This document shows positions 49,950 through 60,994 of a stretch of 64,000 nucleotides of DNA, piece after piece. Each line of letters opens with the position of its first letter. Within the stretch, counting starts at the first letter, position 1. The DNA lies in NCBI GenBank assembly GCA_965153285.1, contig OZ229110.1; one strand, given 5' to 3'. Position numbers and translations under genes: made by a program. This DNA is from Podarcis tiliguerta (Eukaryota). The notes beneath the pieces are model-generated. The model was given only the letters and a program-made list of their open reading frames with translations. It was not told the DNA's origin and did not search any database.

Positions 49950-50175
49950 GAGAGGAACTGGAAGGGATCCCAAGGGTCATCTAGTCCAGCCCCCTGCAGT
50001 GCAGGAATCTCAGCTAGATCATACGTGACAGGTGGCCATCTAAGCTCTGCTTAAAAACCTCCCGAGGAAGGCGAGTCTACCACCTCACCTGGAGTCCGAA
50101 CACCTTTTACTCTCCGGAAGTTCTTCCTAGTTTGGTCAAAATCTCCTTTCTTGCGACTTGAATCCATTGGTTTGG
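49950..50175 (-). mobile_element. CR1 LINE 3' fragment
   Basis: Reverse complement of the same CR1 3' end as 61260-61588. Confidence 0.75.
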
Positions 50176-52691
50176 GGCCTATTAAGCTCTGCCGAGTTTA
50201 CTTCTGAGTAGAGATACATGTAGGATCATGTTCAGTTAGAGAGCCTTCTTCCCCTTGCATCTTTTATTATTCAGGGAAATAAGAATCGTACCAGGAGGGG
50301 TTGCGTGTGGCTTCTGGTTAGTGGCGAACTGAAACCTGGAGCTGCCTTCTAGGCTGTTTGCCTTGCCAGGGCTCAGCTATGAAATGTGGTTCAATAAACT
50401 AGTGCACCTAAGCATATGCAGAGTGCACCTTTCTCTACTGAGTAGGAACACCCAGGACTCCAGCCAAGCTTCTTGAACCTCACACAACTCATTCTAGAAA
50501 TTAAACTCTATCCTTCCAATCCTAAATATGGACTATCCACTGCTTTTTATTTAAAGTTGTTTTGTGTATGCATCTTTCAAGCCAGAAGGATATAGGACTG
50601 GGAAATCATTTCTAAAAACACATTCCTAGACATGTGCATTCAGAAATGAGTCCCTCTGTGTTTAGTGGGTATTAGGTCACAGGTATTGGTCATCCAATAT
50701 ACCCCCTGGGAATAAATCTCATTCAGCTCAGTGACGCTTAATTCTGAGTAGACATGGATATGATTATTGTACTAACAGTCTTTCAGGAATGGCTCCCTCA
50801 GGTTTTCACATGCAAGACCTGCTCTCTACCTGCTTGGGGAAGTGTTGCCTTGTTGCAGACTTGTTCAGTGGTTGAAGTAACAAAGTAGTTGGCACCCAGT
50901 TAAACCTGAAGTTGTTTTCACCTGTCATGGAGTAAACATGCCTTCCATGACTAGGCCTAGAAAAATGTAGCACAGGAAGTGTAGAGGAGGCACCTTTAAA
51001 ACAGCGAGGCAACCTTTCCTTTGGAAAGGTTACTATTCCTTCTCAAGAGTCAAGAAACATGCTCTGTGAATCATAAACCCTCCACCTCCAGTCATACACC
51101 CCAGCCTGTCTTTCTCTCCATTTTTGACAGAGAAGGGTTCCATTGGCTTTTAAGAGTTCTGTGATGGGCAGAAATTCAACAGGGAAGCTTACTCCAACAT
51201 GGCTTCCTTTAGATTGTGAAAAGCTCCCCATTACACTTCTGCCTCAAACAGATGCTATTAAATTATTATCAAATGCTGTTAAGAGGGATGGGGAAATGGA
51301 ATTCCACTGGGCCATGAAGGTCTTTTATGGAGAGAAAAGTATTCCAGCTGTTGTGTTCAGCTCCAGCCCAGCTGTGCTCAGTTTGTTTTGGGAAGTTCAT
51401 TGAGACTCTTGTATCAGAAACAAGCAAGTCTTGTGGCACCTTCAAGAATGATTTGTTGTGGCAGAAGCTTTCATGAACTAGCACGCACGACATCAGATGC
51501 ATGAAGTGTTATCCTCAGTTGACAGATAATATACACATGCACATAGCTGTAGAGGGGGAAATGTAAACAGTGGGTCCAAGAGGCTATAAAATGCAAAGGG
51601 TTGCAGCAGGTCTGTGACGTTTTTTGTGCAGAGCTCAAATGTATACAAGATAAGCACAGACTGGTGTACTCTCAACTGCAGTCACTATAATCCTATTGAT
51701 CTTTCTTTGCTGTTTATTGATGCTAGTGTTTTAAGGTGTGTGTGTTTTTTCTTTTTGAGAGTTTTTGTAGTTCATGAAACCCCCCATATGGGTTCTATGG
51801 GAAGAGTGGGGCATGAATCATTTACTATGCAATGCTAATTCAGCACTTCCATACCATGTTTGCAGGGGAGAACCACAGTCCCCATTAAGTCCAAATTGAA
51901 CAGAACTGAATTTGATGATAAATTCTAATTTAGCTATTTTATGCTGGAGTATGCCTTAGAAACCTTTTGTGTGTGTGTGTGAAGCATAGCAATATTGAGG
52001 ATATCAGAAATGTTCTCCCACCACTTTGTTTATCCTATGGGGACAGCAGAAGGACTTGGTTTGTTAGTGATGCACTATATTACGTTGGAGCTTGAGACCC
52101 ATAGGAGAGAGTTGGTTGGTCACCTATTATAATGCAAGAATTTCTTGACATATTTGTGTGCTTCCTACCATAGATTCCTAAATGGATGCTTCAATTTAGA
52201 GCAGGGGTGAGGAAACTTTGCTCCGCCAGATGCTACTGAACTATAGTTCCCATCAGCCTTGACTAATGGCTGACTGGGGCTGATGGGAGATGTAGTTTAG
52301 CAACACCTGGAAGACCAAAAATTTCTCATCCTTGCTCCAGAGAAAGGAAACAGAGCACCCATATCACCATGGAAAACACACAATCTGCATGCCTATGGTC
52401 CCAGCTTCAGTCTCCATGGACTTGGGGCTGGATTCTGCCATAGACCAGCCTTCGCCAACCTGGTGGGCTACAGCTCCCACTATCTGTGACAATTGGTCTT
52501 GTTGACTGGGGCTAATGAAGGCTGTATTCTTAAAACACCTGGATTGGATACCAGCTTTGGAAAAGCTGGAGTTGAGAACCCTGAGCCAACAGCCCAACTC
52601 AATCTACGTCAGCGACACGTTTTACGCATTCTGATGCCGAGAGCCACAGAAGAGCCTGTGTTTTTCTAAGCTTTGTGGGTTTTGGATTTTT

Positions 52692-52697
52692 TTTATT
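52692..52697 (-). terminator. Candidate GRK2 polyadenylation signal AATAAA
   Basis: TTTATT on the plus strand about 1.95 kb downstream of the stop, ending a UTR-like stretch with no recognisable repeats. Confidence 0.6.
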
Positions 52698-54647
52698 ATA
52701 AAAACAGTCTTTTTATCCCACTCATTAAAATCACATTCAAAAATCGGCAAAAAATCCATAATAATAACCCAGAGAGACAAACCAGAGATCAATATTTACA
52801 AACACTGCAGGGAAAGGGGGGGGGGCTCCCGCTCTACCCCTTCCCCTCCCAGGGCCAATCGCCTTGGGAGGAATGTGGGAGCCATGTAGCAGAACAGGCA
52901 AAAACTCATCACATGAGGCGGAGTGGGGGGGGGCATGCAGCAGAGGCAATCGCATGCGCTTGGGGCATGACACCATGGGGATGAGAAACCTGATCCCCAA
53001 CCGAAAGCCATCTACCCCTAACCCCTCTGTTAAACCGTAGATGGAGGGAAGAGGAGGAGGAGGAGGGGTACAGGGTCAATTCAACCTGATATTTCTCCCC
53101 ATCCTGTGGGAGAAACCGTAACACTGCTAGGGGCAGGGGAGGTGGTGGGTGGGGGGAGCTGTTAATACAGAGGGATACTGGAAGGGAGGGGCAGAATGGG
53201 CCTAGTTTTTCCACACCCAGCCAGGCCCCCCCTTGGCACAAAGATATTTACAGAATCCTTCAGACACTTGGGACTTGGCACAAGGCCTCATCCAGGCCGA
53301 GCTTCCAGTGACCGCACCCCCCCACTCCCCCCACTCCAGGCTCAGCCCAGAGAGGCCCTGAGAGCAGAGGGGCCAGGCAGCTCAGAAATCTCTTTTGGCA
53401 TGAAACCTGCTGCCCCTCCCCTCTTTCCACAGCAAAGCGAGATGGGCATTTGGCAGTAGAGACAGCAGAGCAAGAGGCAGTTCTCATCCCACTCCAAGGA
53501 GAAGATTCAGAGGCAATAGTACAGAGACTGGGCAAGCCAAACGCAAGGAGCTTGTCCAGATTCGGCCCCAGGGAGTACGACTTTTTGCAGACTCCACGGG
53601 GCCAACTGGGAAGGGCACAACAATAATCTTGAAATTTGGCACAGTTGATAAGAGAATGCCTGGGAGAGCAGGGTGGCAAAAGGCAGAGGGCAGGCCACAA
53701 CTCTGAGGCGGCAGCAAGAGCAGCAGCAGCAGCCGCTGCCCCAGGTCAGGAATTCAGGATTTGGAATGGCAATTGGCGGGACCAGAAGAGGGTGGTAGGG
53801 AAGGATTCAGGACATGAACTCAGGGACGAAGGGAAGAGAACAGAACAGGAGCAAGCCTTCATTTTTTTGTTAGACATTTTCGTTACAGTGTAAGAGTTTC
53901 AAGGCAATTCCTTATCACACTCTAGAGTGCAAACCCAGCCAGTGCTGAAGGGGATTGCTTATGGCACAGTGGCTGCCTAGCCGATATTCTGTGAGTGACG
54001 GGCGGCGGGAAATACACTCTTTTGAGCTATCCCATCTATGCCAGAACCAGGGCGCCCTTTTCTGCAGGGGGCCTGCTGTGGAACCGTACGCCAGAGCCTG
54101 GCGCTGGAAAGAAAAGGGGCTGGGGACATGGGTTGTTGTGCCGATGCGTCTCTTCACCTCAGCTGGTGTGAAGGGACTCACTCACCTGAGAGGACATGCC
54201 CTGCCAGCCACTCCATGGGGAGCAAGGCCTAAGCCAGCAGGCTCTCTCGTGAGTGCGCTAGCGCATGTCTGGAAGCCACAGGGGAGGAAGCAGGGAGGAC
54301 ACAAGATGTGTGGCACACCTCAGGGCATCTCCTTCCATTGGTCCTATTTAGAGGCAGGGCTTTAATCCCAGCTTTCCTTCGTGGGGGCGGGGTGGGGTGG
54401 GGTAGACGCTCATCCACCTTGCCAACCAGGCTCCTTCCCCTCAAATGGGTATTGGTCCCCCTGTGCTGGGGGATGGGGAGAGGGAAGTCTGTCCCACACC
54501 TTCTGGATGCCCCACCCCCTCACTATAATACCCCAGGGGGCTGGGGTGGACATCACAATGATCAGCGAAAGGAGACAGGAGAGAGGGTGGGGATGGTGGA
54601 CAAACCCAGCCAAATAAATTAAGGATGGGAGAGGAAGTCAAGGAAGG

Positions 54648-54818
54648 TCAGAGGCCGTTGGTGCTGCTGCTGCTGCGCTGGAGCAGAGGGACCTTGCTGA
54701 GCTCCACCACCGGAGAGCGCGGCTTGTGTTTCATTTTGGGCACCCTCTGAAGCAGCTGCTGGGCTTCCTGGTAGGCTTCGCGGAGCTCCTTCTTCCATTG
54801 CACCAACTCCGGATCGCT
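54648..54818 (-). CDS. GRK2: GRK2 terminal coding exon
   Basis: [16 protein letters not shown]...[10 protein letters not shown], stop TGA. Confidence 0.96.
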   Translation of the reverse strand, partial: SDPELVQWKKELREAYQEAQQLLQRVPKMKHKPRSPVVELSKVPLLQRSSSSTNGL

Positions 54819-57800
54819 CTGGAGGAGGAAAGGCAAAGGATTAGCATGAGGGCCCCCTAGAATACAAAGGAGACAGCTCTCAAGGCAGCAGCCATTATTT
54901 TGCTCAGGGCAGGAGAGGGTAACAATCGCCTTGGACCTTACAATCGGCTTGGGAGTGCTGCTGCCATAACTGGTTGGTGCCCAGTTGGCACTTACTCAGG
55001 CAGTGGCTTCTGAGCGGTGGCTCTGGTTTATGGAATACCCTCCCTGGCGAGATGCATCCATCTCCCTCATTATTAAGGTTTGGGAGCAACTTTAAAACAT
55101 TCATGTTTAACCAGGCCTATGACGGCTGGAAGATACTGTTCTTGGCAACCCCTTGACATCATTAGCTGTGCAAGCATGTGATTGTTTTTAAATGTTCTAA
55201 ACGTTGTCAGAAAACAACCACCAGACTAAAATTCTGGAAGCTGTGTACAAATGGTTAATGCTTTCAGCAATTATTTCCTAATGGCACCTCTCTGTGCCAG
55301 CCCATTAGCACCAATACTTTCTCTCTGTAGAGAAGGAATAGGAAGCCAGAGGTAAAGAGTTTCTCAGCACAGCTCCTGATCATAAGGAGCATCTTGCTGT
55401 TCACCTAGGATGCTCTTCTCCTGCATGGACCAACACTCAGGCAAAAGGCTGTTTAATCCCCACACATATTACTTGTGTTGATTTCCTCTTATGCATCACA
55501 ACTGCTCAGTCACATTTGCCTGTCGCTTGGCTTGCGCATAAAAGCCAGATCTCAGGGGAACAATATAGGGCAGACTGCCAAAGCCCCTATGACTACTCAT
55601 ACTGGACCAGAGAGGGCTTAAAGAGGTGCTTGCCTGTATATGGGGTCATGTGGGAGTGAGACAATGGACGCAGCCAATGATTAACCTTCCTTTAATTCAA
55701 AATATGGCCTTTGTTAAAAACATATAGATTCCTGAGTACTATAGATCTATCAACAGTGCAGCATGAGAGGGAGAAGAGGTGCCTTTGAAAGGTCAAGGCA
55801 GAGGCACCCAATTTTGGGGATGCTGGCTAGGCTGCCTGCAGTAGGACCATCACAGCGACAGTGAGGGACACCTCAGCAAAAATGCAGGCTTTAAAAAATG
55901 AACTAAATAGCACAAATTCAATCGTCAATTTATCTAGGTATAAAATTGTCTAGGTATGTGTGTGTATCCACTCTTGAGGATGGATTTGGCCCGTGGGTTA
56001 GCTATCCCTGCTACACAAACTTGCCTGGGGAAAAGAAAACCCCACTGAATTAGTGGGGCCTACTTCAGAGTAGGCAAGTTTAGGATTGCACTGCAGACGG
56101 GTTTTCCAGCAAAGGGATAAACCTCTTGCACCCACGCAAAGTCCTTGCCTCCCAATACAATAACACACGCTACTCCAACTCCTCTAGGCTTGAACAAGTT
56201 CTAAGAGAATTATGCAGCTTCAGCTATATTCTGTACATCTGTTGAATACATATAATTATTCTGGTTGTAGAGAAATCTCTTCTTTTGATGCAAAGCACAC
56301 ACCGCCCTATTTATAGTCTTCTAAAATGTGAACTAGCTTTCTTAACTGAACAGGACATTCCCCCTCCCCATAGATTGAGAAGGGGCTCCCCCTCCTCCAG
56401 TAGCCTGTAGGGGACCTCGTGACCATAGAATTCAAGAAATCACAGAACAGGAAGGGAACACAGGCCATCGAGTTAAATAGGGAGAACAGGAAGCACAACT
56501 GTTTTACACTTCCTGTTTCTGCTCTGTCATCTCACTCTTATCTCCTCTTTTGGCTCTCCTAAGCTCCCCACACTTGCTCACCCCCTTGTGAGGGTAGACT
56601 TGGAAAGATCTGTTTCAGATTTGAACGAGAAACAAACACAAAGAGCTGCAAGATACTTGTGCCTCTGATTCATCCTACACCTGAGGGTTCAAATTTGATT
56701 CAGCTGCAAGAAAGGACCATCAACCCTTCCCCTGATCTCATCTGACCAGAACAACCTACCAAATCAAGAACACAACTTCAGAAAGGTGTTGGCCTAATAC
56801 CTCCAAGTGACTAAAACAAGCTGCAAACTTCAGGTATGTAAGCAAGCCCCCTCCACTATCGATCTATCCTGGCAGGATGAAGGCACCGTGGGTGTTTCCT
56901 GTGTCAGAGAAATTTGTCATTTGCCCACCTTGGATGGAGTTGCTCTCTTCTTGAAGGGGCAGGCACACAATGTTTGAGTGCTTCTGGTACCCTAAGGAGC
57001 TAGAAGCATCTTTTACCAGCTGCATATGGTATGACAGCTATGGTCGTTCCTGGACCAGGAGAGCTTAATCCCAGGCACTGTTGACTTCAAGACTGAATCA
57101 CTGCCACTCTATGTGAACCTTCCCATGTGCTTGATCCAGAAATTGCAGTTGGTGCAGAATGCTGCAGCATGGCTGCTGACTGGAGGGAGATCCTGCCATC
57201 ATATTACACCTCTGTTCTGAGATCTGCACTGGTTGCTGATTTGTTACCATTCAAGGTGTCACTATTTATATATAAAGCCTTTAACAGCTTGGGAATACAG
57301 TGGTACCTCTGGTTACAAACTTAATTCATTCCGGAGGTCCGTTCTTAACCTGAAACTGTTCTTAACCTGAAGCACCACTTTAGCTAATGGGGCCTCCCGC
57401 TGCCGCCGCCGCCACGTGATTTCTGTTCTCATCCTGAGGTAAAGTTCTTAACCCGAGGTACTACTTCCGGGTTAGCAGAGTCTGTAACCCGAAGTGTTTG
57501 TAACCTGAGGTGTCTGTAACCCGAGGTACCACTGTAGTCTACTTTGCTTCAATCTGTGGAACTGGCACCATTACAGGTGTCACATAAAGTCCTTTGTAAG
57601 AAATTGTTCTTTCAGTGTGGCAGTGTTCAACCCTTTGGAACTCCCTGCTTATTGAAATCAGGCTGCATTCTTTTCAGCACCTGCTTAACATAGTTTTGTT
57701 TAGGCAAGCCCAGCCAAACATGTAGAATGTGACCTCAGCAGGATTTTTATTAATCTCAGGTACAGAAATAAGACCATGAACTAGTGTGGCATAAAAAGGT

Positions 57801-60800
57801 AAAGGTAAAGGACCCCAACAGTTAAGTCCAGTCACGAACAACTCTGGGGTTGTGGTGCTCATCTCACTTTACTGGCCGAGGGAGCCGACGTTTGTCCGCA
57901 GACAGTTTTTCCGGGTCATGTGGCCAGCATGACTAAGCTGCTTCTGGCGAAACCACAACAGTGCACAGAAACGCCGGTTACCTTCCCACCGGAGTGGTAC
58001 CTATTTATCTACTTGCACTTTGACGTGCTTTCGAACTGCTGGGTTGGCAGGAGCTGGGACCAAGCAACGGAAGCTCAGCCCATTGTGGGGATTCAAACCG
58101 CTGATCTTCCAGTTGCCAAGCCCTAGGCTCAGTGGTTTAGACCACAGTGCAGTGAAATCAGGAAGCCTCAGGTTGTAATATTGCCTCCGCCATGTATTCA
58201 CTGGGTGGGGTTTTGCAAGCAAAGTTCTCTCTCAGCTTCAGCCCCTGCCCCCCATTTGAACTATGGGGACAACAATGGTCTCCTGTCTTACAAAGGCCTT
58301 GTAAGAATCACTGAGATAATGTACGTGAAACACTTCAAACATGTGCTATATTATCCTAAGTCCTGTCCAGTCATCAAACCATGCCAAGGGAAACTGGGGG
58401 CTGCCCATCACCAATTTTTGGCAACCTCTGGACTTTCTTCTAGGAGAGGCAATGTGAGGAAAAACTCACGTCACACTGCAGGACAAACTGCTTGCCACCC
58501 CGGATCTTTAGGAGGATGCACTTTCGATCCTTTATCTGTGTCTCCTCAACAGTCTGGATCTCTTCCATGGTGAGCAGCGACTGCTGTTGTAGGGTCCAAA
58601 ACATCTTTGGTCAAAGAAAGAGCCACTTATATAACCCCAGGTTAAACATGCATTCTACATCCCTTGCCCACCTCCACATAATCCCATCCTCCAGGCACTG
58701 CAATCAATGCCTAATCCTGCCCCGCCCCAAGCCCATATGAGACAAGCCTAGGCTCTCCCACTTGTATATCGCAAGACTCTCCACCCTCACCCCAAACCTG
58801 CCATTTCCCCCTCCCCTCCTCTTACCGGGGATTCTCCTTCTCCACGCCACTCCAACCGATTTGGGAAGAGGTAGAAGTACCGCCTCTGCCACTGTGTGAG
58901 GAAAGGGTTCCCCAGTTTTGACATGTAGCCGTGCATGATGCAGTCCTTGCCCAGGGCATAATCTGTGTACGGGAATGGCAAAGAGAAGAGCATCAAGGAC
59001 AGGCAAAAACAAAACAAAAGCCCCCACAAGAAACAAAACAAGGAGACACCAAAGGGAACAGTTCAGGGGGAAACAACCCAAGTCATCCAGCCATGTCTTC
59101 TCTCCATAGTGGGTGTTGCAGCCAAGAGTTTCTAAAAGCAGGTGCCCTGCAGACTGGATTCTGGCAGACAGAGCTGAGTGGCAATGGCGGCTGAGAAGGA
59201 CTTGGTCATGGAGCAGAGCTAGCCTGAATGAGGAAACCCACTGCCGCTTGTCCTACCAGCCCTGGGTCTCACCTTCCTCGTGGCCCAACTGCTTGTTCTT
59301 GGCTCTTTTGCGAGCCTCCAGCTTGTCAGTCTCTGCGTTGACTGTGTCAAAGACGGTCTCTGTCACCTCCTGCTGCCAACGCTCCGAGATGGTGAGTGGA
59401 AAGTTGCGATAGAGCTCCTGGTCACTGTCCAACAGCTGGAATGAGAAGTGAGCCCTTGTTTCCAGGGTAACAGGCACAGTCCCCCTGCTCTGAATATCAG
59501 CTGCCAGGGAAACCACAGCAAGAGAGGGCTACTGCCCTCGTGCCCCCCTTGTGGGCTTCTAAGAGGCCTATCCGACTGGGAAAGCAGCATGCAGAACTAT
59601 AGGCCTTTGGACTGATCCAGCAGCATTCTTCTGCTGTGGAGCTTTGGGGTGAGTCCCATTTCTTCCTTTCTATCTTAAGTATTTAACATGGATATTCTCT
59701 CCGGCTCTGCCTTCTGCACTTCTCCACCTTCCCAGACTTGCACCACCTCTTCTAGGCACTAAAACCGAAACCCACCAGGTTTTCCCTAATCACTTCCCAG
59801 CTGATCTCAGCTCTCTCCAGTTCTCTCCCAACCAACTCAGACACAACACCTCTCCTATCCTGCCTGCAGGGGTGGGGGGAACCATTATGCAGCTCAGGAT
59901 CCCACCACCTAAAAGAGTTCTCCCCTCCAGAACAAGCCCAGGTCCTGCACTGAGGGCATTCTGTGTTTGCTCTCTCCAAGAGAGGCAGAGAGGGTGGTGA
60001 CACAAGAACGGGCCTTTTCAATGGTGGCTTCCCAAGGGAAGCAAGCTTGACACCATCATTGTTTGCCTTTAGGTGCCAATTTTATTTACCCAGCCCCTCA
60101 AGCCTTAGTTTGGAGGTTATTTAGTTATGTCTGTTGCCTCTTTTTTTGGTCTTCCTTTTAGTGGGGTACATGCTTCGTATATTTATCTATGAATGCACAT
60201 TGTAAAGTTCTTTATTGCTGTGTGTGTGTGATTTCTGTTCTTTACTTTGCAACTCGCTTTGGCTTAAAGTCAAGTAACTTTTCTCAGTCCGGTAAACCCC
60301 TCTACACAAAATTCTGCTTGCCCTAGTACCTAAGGCATTTGGAGAACCGCTGGATTGTTAGACACATCTAAAAACACTCCCAAAGTTTGCTGTTCAGAAC
60401 AGTAGATTTAGGTTCTAGGGGATGCAGCAATCGTATGACAAACTTCTTCCACATATAAGGAATAGTTTGGCTAAGGCTGAACATCCCCGTCTTATGTGCT
60501 ATTTACTTTGTAGACTTCATTACCAAAGATGACATGCTGGCCACTGCCCAAGTAGCTCTTCAAAGGTTTAAACACATGCATGGCTGTTTGCCAGGATAAA
60601 TGAAGCCTCTATGTTTAGAGGCAGTATAGCTCCAACTACTAGAGGCGAGTGGGGGGGGGGAGAGAAGGGGTGTCTATCTCCATCATGCTCTGCTTGTGAG
60701 CTTCCCAGTGGTCTGTGGCTGGCCTTAGTGTCGGAGACAAGGTGCTGAACTAGATGGACTGAAGCCAACATATCAGTCCAGTAACATTCATTTGTCTGCA

Positions 60801-60937
60801 TTATCCTATTCCCTAGTAGCAGAACATAGTATTGCAGCCTACAGTGCAGTTCCACCCATTAGCGGTGTTGCCGAAGCCCTCACCGTGTATTTGTAATTAA
60901 ACCTGCTCTGAGTTCCACGTTTGGAAGAAAAGATGCA

Positions 60938-60994
<57 letters not shown>

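Noticed and set aside
48975-50054. Long overlapping ORFs (up to 273 aa) on both strands at the ANKRD13D 5' end
   Set aside because: Stop-poor GC-rich CpG island giving low-complexity translations; only 49200-49289 matches a known protein.
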